Assembly (NCBI GenBank): GCA_028718945.1 | Contig: JAQUKT010000001.1 | Location: 11,997 to 75,996 of the forward strand | DNA from: Actinomycetota bacterium | Lineage (GTDB): Bacteria > Actinomycetota > Geothermincolia > Fen-727 > JAQUKT01 | Reading direction: 5' to 3' | Length of the DNA: 64,000 bases | Part shown: piece by piece, positions 27,301 through 37,312 of the stretch | How positions within the stretch are numbered: the first letter of the stretch is position 1 | Layout of the letters: every line of letters begins with the position of its first letter | The notes under the pieces: generated by a model | The model's input: the letters and a program-made list of their open reading frames with translations, nothing else | Database searches by the model: none | What the model was told of the DNA's origin: nothing | Translations under genes and position numbers: made by a program

Positions 27301-30300
27301 TGACCGTTCACGCTTGGCTGGCCCGCGCCGAAACTCGAGCCATTTATGGTTACCTCGGTGCCCGTTACCCCATTGCCTGGAACAAGTGGAGGAGTTATTA
27401 CCGGAGCGGCAAGGCTCTGGCTACAAACCTGAATTCTCCCAAAACTGCCGCATGAATATGCCTTTATCCTGTCAGTATCCCAGATGCTCGAGATGCCCAT
27501 AAGAGACCTGTTGACGCCCGTAGCGCTTTCAATTTCACCCCATGTTCCGCCTCCATTTGAAGTATAAAGCGCGCAGGCGGGCTCAGTTACAGCCGGGCTG
27601 GCTCCAACAATGAGGCCATTTCTTGTATCAGAATGCCCCGGGGCGCCAAAGGAAACTCCAAAAAGTTCATCGCTTACAGGACCTTCCTGAAAAACCCAGT
27701 TGTCTCCACCATCATCCGAGTACCAGATTGAGCCTCCTTCTCCAACTGCCCAGACATCGCTTTTACCGCCCATTGAGACATCATTGATTTTCACAGAGCC
27801 AGCGGGGGGATTTGCAGGAGTCTGCCAGGTTGCTCCTCCATCATCCGTCCACCTCACGCTTTCCGTGCTTCCCGCGGTTCCCCCAACCGCAACTCCACAT
27901 TCTTCGTCGAAGAAATCAACCGCTCTTAAATTCGCGGTTGGATTGCTCTCCTGTTCTGTCCATGTATCCCCTGAATCCGCGGAAATCCATATATGCCCGT
28001 TATCACCAACAGCCCATGCGTGAGTTGAATCTATGAAATCAACAGAGCTCAAATTATTTGAAACAGGCGGACTTGTTGCAGGTGACCATGTTTGACCGCC
28101 ATTGGAAGTTCTTCTGACAGTTGCGTTATCTCCAACCGCAATGCCTCGATAGACACCACCATCAAGATACATTGACACATCATTGAGATTCTTGTCTGTA
28201 ACGCTATCAGAGGGCATCCAGGTTGCCCCCGCGTCGGTCGTATAAAGAACAACTCCCTTTTCCCCGCAGGCAATTCCATTGTTTGCATCCGCAAATGACA
28301 TTCCATTGAGGTTATTCGCGGGGCCCTGAAGGAAGTTCCAGTTTGCGCCCTTATTCGTGCTACCAATTATCGTTCCATAATCCCCGGAAGAAAAGGCCCT
28401 TGAGAATGCTGATTCAAACCAGGAAGCGCGAAGATCGTTCCTGTTGAAACTCGACCCTGCGTCCCAGTTTGCTCCACCATCGCTCGTATAGTAAATATTA
28501 CCATCCGAGCCAACCGTTACTCCCTCGAAATTTGGTATAGCTCCATTGTAATCAATCGAGATATCCCTCAGGTTAACCGTTCCGGGAACAGCTCCCTGAG
28601 GATTCCAGGTTACACCGTCCCAGCATAGAACGGTTCCGGAATCTCCAGCCGCCCAGACATTATTCGAGTCATAGGCATCAATGCCATAAAGAGGAGGAAT
28701 CCCAGCAGCAAGCTCCTGATTGAAGGTTATGCCGCCATTTGTTGTGTGACAGATGATTCCTCTGGAAGAATCCTCGAAGCCAACCTCGAAGCCAACTGCG
28801 TAGAAATTGGAGGAATCAACAAAATCGGAAGCGAAAAGAGCGGAGGGAGATGGTATCTCGGAAATTGTATTCCACGTATTACCATCTGTGCTCCTTATTA
28901 TTGTCCTTACTTCTCCCACAGCCCAGCACTGATAGTTCACTCCATCATGAAGGGCAGAAACCGCGTTCAAACGATTGTTTGTCTGTGAGGTTTGCTCCGC
29001 CCAGTTATCGCCGTTATTGGTGCCCCCATATACCTTCCCACCATCCCCAACAACCCACGCGTAGTTATTCGTGGAATCTCCAAACTCAACTCCTCTCAAG
29101 TTATTGGCAGTTGAAGGAGGAGCCGCAGGGTCAGCCCAGTTCTGACCTCCGTTCGTGGAACGAATTACCCGTCCGTTTTCACCGCAGGCAATTCCTTGAG
29201 TTAATGAAACAATGTCAACACCAAAAAGGTCATCCGTATGCCCGCTCGAGGAGGCATTCCAGTTTGCTCCATTATTGTTTGTGAACCTTACGACGCCATT
29301 TGAACCAACTGTAGAGCCCGTATCATTTGAACCATTGTTACAAAGTGAAATTCCATAGAGGTCTTCAGTTGTCCCCGAAGTTTGCGTTTGAAACGCTACG
29401 TTATAGTGAAGTATGAATCCGGAGGAACCACAGAACCAGCCCTCGATAGCAGTAGGAAATGATATGTCATAAATTGTGTTCGTTGCTTGAAGGACGCTCA
29501 ATGTGTTCCATGTCGAGCCATCGGAAGTACTTATGACCAGCCGCCCGTCACCAACCGCGAATCCCGCAGGTCCTGAATACATCGAGATTCCCCTCAATTC
29601 AAGAGATGTCCCGCTCGTTTGTGGACCAACAGTTCCATTAAGATAGCGATAGAGCATCCCAGCCTGACCGCAAATCCATCCATTGCTCGAGTCGGTGAAA
29701 TCAAGAGCGAGGAAATCGTTTGTCGTTTTTTGAACCCCGGAATAAAGCGCCCATGAAGAACCCCCACTGTTTGTCCAAGCCATGAGCCTGCTCTCACCAG
29801 CAATGACTCCAGCACTCGCGTCCGTGAAATCAATCCCGTACAGGTTATTCGATGTCGGACTCGTTATTACTGACCATGTGCCATCCCTTCCTACGATGGT
29901 TCCATCTTGACCGCAGGCAAAAGCATTGTTCGAGGATACTGCGGAGACCGATTCGAGATTTTTCGTGGTGCTGGAATTCTCTTTTGTGAAAAGACCATTT
30001 CTCGCAAGATAAACAATTCCAGAATTTCCAACCACCCATCCGTATTTAGAAGCAGTATCAAAATCAATTCCGTTCAAGTTGTCCGTTCCCTCCAAGGATG
30101 AGATTTTCGTCCATCCTGGACCCGTTGAATCGTACTTCCACATCGTCCTGTTCATACCGGAAGCAAAAGCAAGTGAAGCACTTGAGAACGATATCCCCGT
30201 AAGGTCCCTTGTTCCCGAATCCATACTGACTGGAGAGCCAAATGATCCACCCGTGATGGGAACCCTGTAGCCCTCGGTTCCGCTTCCGCCAACCGCAAAG

Positions 30301-32774
30301 CCGTTACCGGACACGAGGTCTAAGTCGTAAAGATTTGGGGTTGGCGGTCCAACCTGAGCGGGAGCCTGCCATACACCAGCGAGAAGCTGAACATAATAAC
30401 CATTTGCACCAACCGCGTATCCATTCGCGGCATCGGAAAGATAAACGGAATTCAAATCGGGGGTTGGGGCTCCAACCTGAGCGGGAGCCTGCCATGCACC
30501 AGCGAGAAGCTGAACATAATAACCATTTGCACCAACCGCGTATCCATTCGTGGCATCGGAAAGATAAACGGAATTCAAATCGGGGGTTGGGGCTCCAACC
30601 TGAGCGGGAGCCTGCCATCCACTAAGGTATTGAATTGTAATTCCATTTTCACCGACTACATATCCATTGTTAGAATCCACGAAATAGACTGAATTTAATT
30701 TTTCAGAAGTCCACGCCGTGGTGTTGAACTCAATGGAATAATTAGTGCCATCATAATGAATAATCGTTCCTCCACTTCCTACCCAGTAAGCCGTGCCATC
30801 GGGGAGAGAAAAAACATCCTCGAGGTCAACGAGGCTCCAGTGGGGAGTAGCAGAAGAACCATCGAGGGTCTGCCATACAGTTCCTCCCTCTCCAACAGCC
30901 CAGCCAACATCCTTGTTGAGAAAATCTACGGAGAGAAGATTTGTGGCACCAGGGGTTGAAGCGGGATTTCTATCCGTCCACGTGGCAGTTGCGGGAATGT
31001 GAGTCGCCTGCCTTATATGACCACCATCTCCAACCCAAGTAATGTAATAAGTTCCAGGACTTCCGCTATCCTCGACGATTGAGACATCCCTGTTTGAGAA
31101 AGCGCCATCAGCAACAGGATTCCACACCGTCGCGCCGCCATCATTCGTCCAGACCGCCGCCCCATTCTGCCCGACAGCGAATACATAATTCGTTCCATCT
31201 CCCCCAACCTCAACCGCACGCAGGTTCTCTGGAGTTCCAGAATCCTGAGCTTTCCAGGTATTCCCATCTCTCTTTATGATTGCTCCGCCGCCACCAACAT
31301 AGTACTCGATGTCTGCATCGGGTTTTGCCACATCGTAAATGTCAAAGGGACCCCAGGTAGTGCCATTCCTCGTCTGCCAGATACCACCATCCCAAGCCGT
31401 AGCAAACCAGATTCCCGTTGTTTTAGAGAAAGAGACATCAGTGAAATTTGTGGTTCCAACTCCACTCGCATTTGTCCAGTTTGCCCCTCCGTTCGATGTG
31501 TATGCCAGAGTTCCGGAAAGTCCGGCAACATAGCCGCTCGCAGCGCTCTCGAACTCAACTCCAAGCAAATCCTGAGCAGGAGGTGGACCAACAGGGGTAG
31601 ACCATGCAGCAGGAGTGCCACCGGGTGGCGCGTCAGTTGTGTAGAAAAGAGCGCCTCCATCGCCACAAGCCCATACGAGATAATTTCCGCTTCCGCCTGA
31701 ATCATTGTAAACAAAAACATCATTGAGATTTGCAGCAAGTGCGGGACCCGCATTCCAATTAGAGCCACCATCTGTGGTATAAAGATTCACATTGTTTTCG
31801 CCAACAGCCCAGCCATAGTTCGCATTTATGAAATGAATGCCATTCAAATTACTTGTTGTGGTGCTATTCTGAACGGTCCATGAAGAGCCATCATAGAATA
31901 GGATTAGCCCGCGCTGTCCGGCAATCCAGGTGTGTGTTGAATCAAGAGAAAAAACGGCATTTGCCCCGAAATCAGAACTCCACGTGGTTCCCCCATCAAC
32001 AGTGTGAAGAATCGTTCCATCTTTTCCTCCAACCCAGGCTTCATCTTGAGATATCGCAAAAACGGAATTGAGTCTTTTCGTTGTCCCGCTTGCCTGAAGG
32101 CTCCAGGTTGTGCCCCCATCATTCGTCGCGATAATCACGCCGCCGTCCCCGACTGCCCATCCATTGTTAGAGTCAGCAAATGAGACATCGAGTAGGGCCA
32201 TGCTCGACCAGGATGCTCCTCCATCCACAGTCTTCATCACGATTGGCGACCAGGTCGAGGGCTTTTCTAAATCAAGCATATTCGCGCCAACCACTATGGC
32301 TTCAGTGTCGCTCGGCGCGAATACATCAAAGAAAACATTGGTGGTTTCTCCCATATAAACTATGTTCCATGTCCCAACACCAGTTGAATCCGTACACTTT
32401 GATATCAATCCCGAATCTCCAACTGCATAGCCAAGATTGGGACTGCGAAAGTAAACGCCACGAATTGTCAATAGATGAAGGAAAGGATCGTCGCCGACCC
32501 TTTGCCCCGTCCAGGTTGTACCACCATCAGTTGTATGCCAGCAATCGTAGAAGGTGGTTCCATCCAGTGATTGCTGCGGTTGTCCAACCGCCCAGCCCTC
32601 AACTCCGCCGGGCAAGAAGAAAATGTCTTCAAAATGGCTTTCAATAAGATCCTCCCTTTGAGGAGACCATGTGCCAGCAGCGGAAGCCGGAGAGAAAGAA
32701 AGCAAAGCCAGCAAAGAAGCACACAAGACCAAAGACAACAATGAAGTCCTTCTAAACCTTCTAAATACCTTCAA
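24318..32774 (-). CDS. Giant secreted protein (2818 aa): signal peptide, multiple Ycf48/BNR-type beta-propeller regions, 7 IPT/TIG domains, 4 C-terminal ~105-aa repeats of unknown family
   Basis: N-terminal signal peptide ending SPASAAG. Dozens of T/VDGGxTW Asp-box-like motifs. IPT-like P-x-I-x-x-S-P-x-x-G-x-x-G-T-x-V-T-I-x-G-x-x-F-G units. Four repeats starting WYFAEGTTRxGFxEWICLxNP and ending GGHDVxGA. Confidence 0.8.
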   Translation of the reverse strand: MKVFRRFRRTSLLSLVLCASLLALLSFSPASAAGTWSPQREDLIESHFEDIFFLPGGVEGWAVGQPQQSLDGTTFYDCWHTTDGGTTWTGQRVGDDPFLHLLTIRGVYFRSPNLGYAVGDSGLISKCTDSTGVGTWNIVYMGETTNVFFDVFAPSDTEAIVVGANMLDLEKPSTWSPIVMKTVDGGASWSSMALLDVSFADSNNGWAVGDGGVIIATNDGGTTWSLQASGTTKRLNSVFAISQDEAWVGGKDGTILHTVDGGTTWSSDFGANAVFSLDSTHTWIAGQRGLILFYDGSSWTVQNSTTTSNLNGIHFINANYGWAVGENNVNLYTTDGGSNWNAGPALAANLNDVFVYNDSGGSGNYLVWACGDGGALFYTTDAPPGGTPAAWSTPVGPPPAQDLLGVEFESAASGYVAGLSGTLAYTSNGGANWTNASGVGTTNFTDVSFSKTTGIWFATAWDGGIWQTRNGTTWGPFDIYDVAKPDADIEYYVGGGGAIIKRDGNTWKAQDSGTPENLRAVEVGGDGTNYVFAVGQNGAAVWTNDGGATVWNPVADGAFSNRDVSIVEDSGSPGTYYITWVGDGGHIRQATHIPATATWTDRNPASTPGATNLLSVDFLNKDVGWAVGEGGTVWQTLDGSSATPHWSLVDLEDVFSLPDGTAYWVGSGGTIIHYDGTNYSIEFNTTAWTSEKLNSVYFVDSNNGYVVGENGITIQYLSGWQAPAQVGAPTPDLNSVYLSDATNGYAVGANGYYVQLLAGAWQAPAQVGAPTPDLNSVYLSDAANGYAVGANGYYVQLLAGVWQAPAQVGPPTPNLYDLDLVSGNGFAVGGSGTEGYRVPITGGSFGSPVSMDSGTRDLTGISFSSASLAFASGMNRTMWKYDSTGPGWTKISSLEGTDNLNGIDFDTASKYGWVVGNSGIVYLARNGLFTKENSSTTKNLESVSAVSSNNAFACGQDGTIVGRDGTWSVITSPTSNNLYGIDFTDASAGVIAGESRLMAWTNSGGSSWALYSGVQKTTNDFLALDFTDSSNGWICGQAGMLYRYLNGTVGPQTSGTSLELRGISMYSGPAGFAVGDGRLVISTSDGSTWNTLSVLQATNTIYDISFPTAIEGWFCGSSGFILHYNVAFQTQTSGTTEDLYGISLCNNGSNDTGSTVGSNGVVRFTNNNGANWNASSSGHTDDLFGVDIVSLTQGIACGENGRVIRSTNGGQNWADPAAPPSTANNLRGVEFGDSTNNYAWVVGDGGKVYGGTNNGDNWAEQTSQTNNRLNAVSALHDGVNYQCWAVGEVRTIIRSTDGNTWNTISEIPSPSALFASDFVDSSNFYAVGFEVGFEDSSRGIICHTTNGGITFNQELAAGIPPLYGIDAYDSNNVWAAGDSGTVLCWDGVTWNPQGAVPGTVNLRDISIDYNGAIPNFEGVTVGSDGNIYYTSDGGANWDAGSSFNRNDLRASWFESAFSRAFSSGDYGTIIGSTNKGANWNFLQGPANNLNGMSFADANNGIACGEKGVVLYTTDAGATWMPSDSVTDKNLNDVSMYLDGGVYRGIAVGDNATVRRTSNGGQTWSPATSPPVSNNLSSVDFIDSTHAWAVGDNGHIWISADSGDTWTEQESNPTANLRAVDFFDEECGVAVGGTAGSTESVRWTDDGGATWQTPANPPAGSVKINDVSMGGKSDVWAVGEGGSIWYSDDGGDNWVFQEGPVSDELFGVSFGAPGHSDTRNGLIVGASPAVTEPACALYTSNGGGTWGEIESATGVNRSLMGISSIWDTDRIKAYSCGSFGRIQVCSQSLAAPVITPPLVPGNGVTGTEVTINGSSFGAGQPSVNGHVYFGGETEASINTWTGTEIKAVVPNNAITGNVHVVHDGGSSNGVTFTVLPNITNVSPTQMSYGTAVTITGTGFGNDPGSGNRSTDTNNVKVNGGQIPDGSFTSWTRTEIKFTLPPDIEPGIGVPVTVTAGGKESAPPLNVNVIPKIEKLSPDSGKTGDEIEINGGNFGTSPLPYDPNNCVKMQKMDEDGNVSLEMVPEAFMVSWNNTNIKFKIPDDPAVFQPWTGPVRVLRNSSASTQDPVLSITPWISGTSTTTAKVGDSVTIDGSGFGEVQGANGKVYFNNVDSGTASTWGYNRIVVNVPENATSGQLKVQTLYGESNLIPFNVTPVIDWLSSSEGRVGDSVTINGTGFGASKGSNTVKFNGEPAQVEGWTSTKITVSVPAKATSGSVIVTVNDVESNQKSFKVLPKITSISPSSGIPGTTIVTINGFTFGETQGSSKVTFAGVDAGKAKSWSKTKIETRVPAAVTSGGVIVTTPSGQSNSVQFTAGPYISSVSPLNGPAGISVTVSGKNFGDEQGTSKVRFANVDAIDVESWSDSSVRAKVPMGAKTGNVTITTPVGTSNGIQFSVTLPKTFYFAEGTTRQGFQEFICLMNPNDTAASVTITYMLSEGPNQTHELEVSAKSRLTVRVEDVVGKEKDVSARVDSDKQIVAERPMYFNYNGVWTGGHDVMGAVGASKEWYFAEGNTRDEFEEWICLQNPSEHEAAVEIKYMLTGGGTRAQGVKVPAKSRRTISAKQFLGPGVDCAAKVTSDVGIVAERPMYFNYKNMWTGGHDCMGATSPSETWYFAEGTTRSGFDEWICLLNPGTYVADVKITYMLETGETKAQSLSVLGTSRVTVDVHGAVEREHDVSARITSSQPIIAERPIYFDYVGITGGHDVIGANSTASQWYFAEGTTMQGFQEWLSIQNPGDKEAEVRITYMLTGGENKEQKLAVPGHARVTVDVNGSIGWGKDAGAKVVALGEDNKGIIVERPMYFDFYGWTGGHDVIGFPLW
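30346..30627. repeat. Near-identical 123-bp tandem repeat (2 full + 1 partial copy) inside the giant gene
   Basis: Copies start at 30346, 30469 and 30592 with only a handful of mismatches. Each encodes the 41-aa unit WQAPAQVGAPTPDLNSVYLSDATNGYAVGANGYYVQLLAGA in frame. Confidence 0.85.
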
Positions 32775-33316
32775 TTCCTTACCTCCCTTGACCTAAGCTG
32801 CCCCATGAAAACCCTTTAATAAAACCGCACCAGAAAGATTTTTTGAACCTTGAATTGTTTGTTACGAGGCACCCCAAAAATTGAAAATCAGCTTGCATAT
32901 CTCATCTTCACACTTCTTAAGAAATCCCCGAACCCTGCCAGTACCTAATTATATAACAATTATCTAATAAATATTACGAAAAACAATCCCTCACGGATAC
33001 CAAGCCCTGCTCCTTCGATTCCCAATCCCAAAAATGCCTGAAGGTAAAATTCAACTTTTGTTTATTTCGGTTCTCGTCAACAATACCTTTAATTTCGCAT
33101 ACGATTCAACCTGTCTCACTTCTAAGTTTAGTAATCAATCCAAATTGAATGACTTAGATTCAAAGACTTACGACAATTCAGTTTGACCAAAACAAAACAT
33201 CGTGTTATATTTGCTTGTATTGCTGATTCGCTCAGAAGATTTTTTCGAATCAGCGTGATTGTCACCCTGTATTGTTTCTAAACCTGTTTCGATATGAGAG
33301 GGTCTAAACAAAAACT

Positions 33317-34096
33317 GTGATTGAGTGCGAAAACAATTATAGAATCTCAAACATCAGGGGTAAGGTTATTTCATTCACGGGCGGGAAAGGTGGTGTTGGA
33401 ACCACTACAATTCTCGGGGAAATCGCCTACTTGTTTTTCAAACTTGGAACAGAAACAGCATGCGTTGATTTCGATATCCACAACGGAAGTCTTCACATGA
33501 AATTCGACATAACTCTCACAGACAGGATACACACGGTTTCTGACCTCATCCCGCTTGTTGGGGAACTCACGCCAAGAACTATTAGCAATGCGGTCTCAAG
33601 CACAACGAGGGGAGTAAGAATCCTTCCAAGGCCGGAATCGATCGAACAGGCATCTTTGTTATCATCATCGCACATTGAAGCGATGATAAAGTCATTTTCA
33701 TTAACATATCCTCTCGTGTTGATCGATACCCCCGCAGGAGCAAACCCGATAGCCGTTTCAACCTGCTCCGTATCGGATATAACCGTTCTAATAACGACTC
33801 CTGAGATACCATCAATCATAGGGACCAAAAGGCTTCTTGATACTTTTTCCTCTTCAAAAACGCCCTTTCCTCTATTAGTCGTAAACCGCTCTTTTGTCGG
33901 GAAAGACGCCCTCACTCTTGGTGAAATAGAGTCATTCCTGGGCATGCACACATCGGTCATCATTGCCGAAGACACTTTCAATACAAGGCGCCTGAGCGAG
34001 GAAGGGAGATTCCTTTCAGACGAAAAGACACCCGTTTCTCGCGGGATAAGAGCCCTCCTCAAAGAACTTTCATCCCTGCTCCAAATTCATTCATGA
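33317..34096 (+). CDS. tadZ: Tad pilus assembly ATPase-like protein TadZ/CpaE (MinD/ParA superfamily, ATPase domain only)
   Basis: Deviant Walker A GGKGGVGTTT. 259 aa with no receiver-like N-domain. Confidence 0.7.
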   Translation: MIECENNYRISNIRGKVISFTGGKGGVGTTTILGEIAYLFFKLGTETACVDFDIHNGSLHMKFDITLTDRIHTVSDLIPLVGELTPRTISNAVSSTTRGVRILPRPESIEQASLLSSSHIEAMIKSFSLTYPLVLIDTPAGANPIAVSTCSVSDITVLITTPEIPSIIGTKRLLDTFSSSKTPFPLLVVNRSFVGKDALTLGEIESFLGMHTSVIIAEDTFNTRRLSEEGRFLSDEKTPVSRGIRALLKELSSLLQIHS

Positions 34097-34186
34097 GTTA
34101 CGAAAATAATAGGTGACAAAACACCAATTGACACTCGCTTCAGTGGCTGCTAAAATTTTGCTTGTATTGCTTCTAAGGGAAGTTAA

Positions 34187-35401
34187 ATGGAAGAAACCGC
34201 AAAAGCAAAGTTCGCTCATTCTTTTAGCGCATCAACAAGAGAAGAAGTCCGCAAGAGAGTGCTCCTCGACTTATCAGCATCTGGCAAGAATTTTCATGAA
34301 AAAGAAGAAATCGAAAAAAGGGTAGAAACTGTCCTACTTTCAATGGGGCTTCTGCTTCCTTCAAGCCAGGTAGAAACGCTTTGTTGCGAACTTCATGATG
34401 AGCTCTTTGGAATGGGACCACTTGAGCCTTTCTTCAAAGACCCGGAAATCTCCGAAATCATGGTCAACGGCGCATCAAAAACATTCATTGAAAAAAGAGG
34501 AGTAATCGAACAGGCGAATATCAGATTTGAAAATGAGGCGAAAATCCTCGAACTCGTTCGGCGGGTGCTCGCTCCGCTGAACCTCAGGCTCGACGAGACC
34601 TCACCCATGGTGGACGCAAGGCTTCCGGATGGCTCCCGCCTGAACGCGATAATCCCCCCGCTCTGCCTGAATGGACCAACAGTAACCATCAGACGTTTCA
34701 GGGTTCAGTCATTCACCAAAAAAGAACTTGTCGAACTCGGAACTTTCCCATCCGAAATTGCATCTTTCCTGGAGAAAAGTGTCATAGAAAAAGCGAACAT
34801 TCTGATATCCGGCGGCACCTCGAGCGGAAAAACAACCCTCCTAAACGTTCTTTCATCCCTTATACCGAAACAGGAAAGACTAATAACAATCGAGGATGCC
34901 GCTGAGCTAAGGATTGAACATCCTCATGTGATATCCCTTGAAAGCAGACCGCCAAGCATCGAGGGAAAGGGTGAGATTACTGTTCGAGACCTTGTTAGAA
35001 ATGCCCTGCGAATGAGACCCGATAGGATAATAGTAGGAGAAGTAAGGGGTCCCGAAGCCTTGGATATGCTCCAGGCAATGAATACTGGTCACCCCGGTTC
35101 CCTTTCAACTGCTCATGCAAACTCACCGATTGACCTCGTAAGCAGACTCGAAACCATGGTTCTAACGTCGGGGGTCAACCTCAACATCGATGCGGTAAGA
35201 AGGCAAATTGCCTCCGCGCTCGACCTAATAATCCACATGGAGCGCCTGAGAGATGGAAGGCGCGTTGTTTCCGAAATAGTGCGGGTTTCTCAAGGAAGTG
35301 ATTCATCAGTGAGATTCGATCCGATTTTCCTTGACGCCAAAGGCAGGAATAGGAATGCAGAAGACGATTCCTCCACTCTCAGGAAGGAAAAAATCTTATG
35401 A
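34187..35401 (+). CDS. tadA: Tad secretion ATPase TadA/CpaF (VirB11 family)
   Basis: Walker [15 protein letters not shown], Asp box, Walker B, His box ([13 protein letters not shown]). 404 aa. Confidence 0.85.
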   Translation: MEETAKAKFAHSFSASTREEVRKRVLLDLSASGKNFHEKEEIEKRVETVLLSMGLLLPSSQVETLCCELHDELFGMGPLEPFFKDPEISEIMVNGASKTFIEKRGVIEQANIRFENEAKILELVRRVLAPLNLRLDETSPMVDARLPDGSRLNAIIPPLCLNGPTVTIRRFRVQSFTKKELVELGTFPSEIASFLEKSVIEKANILISGGTSSGKTTLLNVLSSLIPKQERLITIEDAAELRIEHPHVISLESRPPSIEGKGEITVRDLVRNALRMRPDRIIVGEVRGPEALDMLQAMNTGHPGSLSTAHANSPIDLVSRLETMVLTSGVNLNIDAVRRQIASALDLIIHMERLRDGRRVVSEIVRVSQGSDSSVRFDPIFLDAKGRNRNAEDDSSTLRKEKIL

Positions 35402-35476
35402 AAGAGCATAAGTTTGACTTCAATTGAAACGCAAGAATAGTTAGCAACTTTTTCGACTCTAACGAGAGGAGAGACT

Positions 35477-36409
35477 TTGAAAATCGTAATTTCATTTGTG
35501 TTCTTCCTCCTTGCTGTTTATTTCCTTGGAAGAAGGCAAATCATTGAAAGTCATGCAAAAGCGCGCTCAAGACTTACGAATCAACTCGGAAAAAGGAACG
35601 AGAAAAACAAAGCGTGGTATCTTCGAACAATAAATCTCCTGGTAGGCACTTTCCACAAGCATGCAGAGAAAAAGGGGGTCAAGAAGCTTTTTGAAGATTC
35701 GGGCCTTAAGTTTTCCTTCCGCACTTTCATCGTTACCTGGATTGCAATAATAATATTTGTGCCCTCATTTGCATTCGTGACGACAAGAAACATTCTCCTT
35801 TTTTTCATTGCTCTTTTTGCCTCCTACGGTGTCCCGTTGCGCGCTTTGAAGCACCTCGCGCAAAGAGAAAGGAGAAAAGCAAGAGAGCAATGTGAGAAGT
35901 TCGCCGGCGATATTGCTATCCATCTAAAATGCGGGGTACCGCTGAAAGATTCAGTAATGCTTTCCGCGAAAGGTACCTGTTCGCCTCTTTGCGACATGGT
36001 TGAAGAATTCGCGTCGAGAGTAAATCTTGGCGAAAGACCGGAGAGCGTTTTTCTTGAACTATCCGAACTACTCGAAGATGAGGACCTTATGTTAATCGCC
36101 CACTCAGCGATAATTTCAGCGGAAACAGGAGCCAACGCTCGCGAGGTGATGAACGCCATTGGTGAAGCTATCAGGGAAAGGGCAGCAATAAGAAGAGAGC
36201 TCCTTTCCCAAACCGTTCAGGCAAGAATGTCAAGCAAAATCGTCGCCGCACTTCCATTCCTCTTCCTAACAATAACAGCGGGCGTATCAGGTGAGGCAAT
36301 ATCAACTCTTTTTGGCACTCTCCCAGGTCTGATTATGGTTGCGGTCGGCATTTTGCTGGATGTTGTGGGCTTGCTATGGATGAGGAAAATACTAAATGTC
36401 AAGGTTTAG
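35477..36409 (+). CDS. tadB: Tad pilus inner-membrane platform protein TadB (T2SSF domain)
   Basis: 310-aa membrane protein with T2SSF-like topology, immediately downstream of tadA. Confidence 0.7.
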   Translation: MKIVISFVFFLLAVYFLGRRQIIESHAKARSRLTNQLGKRNEKNKAWYLRTINLLVGTFHKHAEKKGVKKLFEDSGLKFSFRTFIVTWIAIIIFVPSFAFVTTRNILLFFIALFASYGVPLRALKHLAQRERRKAREQCEKFAGDIAIHLKCGVPLKDSVMLSAKGTCSPLCDMVEEFASRVNLGERPESVFLELSELLEDEDLMLIAHSAIISAETGANAREVMNAIGEAIRERAAIRRELLSQTVQARMSSKIVAALPFLFLTITAGVSGEAISTLFGTLPGLIMVAVGILLDVVGLLWMRKILNVKV

Positions 36410-36412
36410 CAT

Positions 36413-37312
36413 GTGAGTTTAATAGTTCCCAACGAAAGGAGAAAAATGGAACTACTCGCCGGTTCAATGCTTTTTGCTTTGGCTCTCTTCTTTTTAGGCA
36501 AAGGGCTCTCAAGAAACGCGATAGCCGGAAAAAGACTGGAAAGGCTCCAGGGCAAAGAGAAAGTAAAGGAAGAGAAAAATCACAGAAAACTATCTTTCTG
36601 GGGAGTGATGGACGCTGTATCAAAGATTGTGCCAGAAAGAACAAGAAAAATGTTGATATATGATATTGAAATTCCAGAAGATGCGAAAAATCTGAGCACC
36701 AATCAGCTCCTTGGAATCAGAATAACTGCAATTGCAATCGTGCCACTTGTGACCCTGAGAATAGCGGGATTTGGAGTCGGAGGAATTCTTTTGTCCATTG
36801 CAAGTGGAATCTCATCATTTTTCGTCCCAAACATCATTATTAGGAAGAAAAGAAATGAGCATCTAAACAGAGCTAAAGCGGCTCTCCCTCAATCGGTGGA
36901 CCTGCTATATGCCTATGTCTTAGGAGGAAAAAATCTCCGTCAGGCATTCCAGGGAATGGCTAATTTTTCACCCGAACCACTTGGCCATTATCTGAAAGCT
37001 GCGTCAAGGGAAATCGAACTTGGCTCATCCCTCAAAGAAGCTTTCGAAAGGCTTGAAATCAATGTTCCCATTCCCGAACTATCAACTCTTCTCTCAAGCA
37101 TTTTGGAAGCGGAAAATAAGGGATTCTCTGTTTCCGACACCCTCTCAGTTCTTTCCCGTGAAATAAGGCTAAAAAGACGCGATGAATTACGGTCAAAAAT
37201 TTCAAAGGCTCCATTGAAACTCCTTGCCCCACTTGTTTTCTTGATCCTGCCAGCCTCAATTATCCTTACAGTAGGGCCAGTCTTTCTTGTAGCACTAAGG
37301 CGGGGCATTTGA
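36413..37312 (+). CDS. tadC: Tad pilus inner-membrane platform protein TadC (T2SSF domain)
   Basis: 299-aa paralogous membrane protein following tadB. Confidence 0.7.
   Translation: MSLIVPNERRKMELLAGSMLFALALFFLGKGLSRNAIAGKRLERLQGKEKVKEEKNHRKLSFWGVMDAVSKIVPERTRKMLIYDIEIPEDAKNLSTNQLLGIRITAIAIVPLVTLRIAGFGVGGILLSIASGISSFFVPNIIIRKKRNEHLNRAKAALPQSVDLLYAYVLGGKNLRQAFQGMANFSPEPLGHYLKAASREIELGSSLKEAFERLEINVPIPELSTLLSSILEAENKGFSVSDTLSVLSREIRLKRRDELRSKISKAPLKLLAPLVFLILPASIILTVGPVFLVALRRGI

Noticed and set aside
30304-30625. Pair of ORFs (30304-30618 minus, 30335-30625 plus) containing internally repeated peptide sequence
   Set aside because: They simply reflect the 123-bp tandem DNA repeat inside the giant gene read in other frames. 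They are not independent genes and not a CRISPR array, because there are no unique spacers and the unit is 123 bp and coding.
24669-32647. Many plus-strand ORFs (24981-25688, 25855-26199, 27700-28023, 28850-29284, 32180-32647 and others) overlapping the giant gene
   Set aside because: All lie inside one continuous 8.4-kb minus-strand ORF with a coherent domain architecture. They are antisense artefacts.
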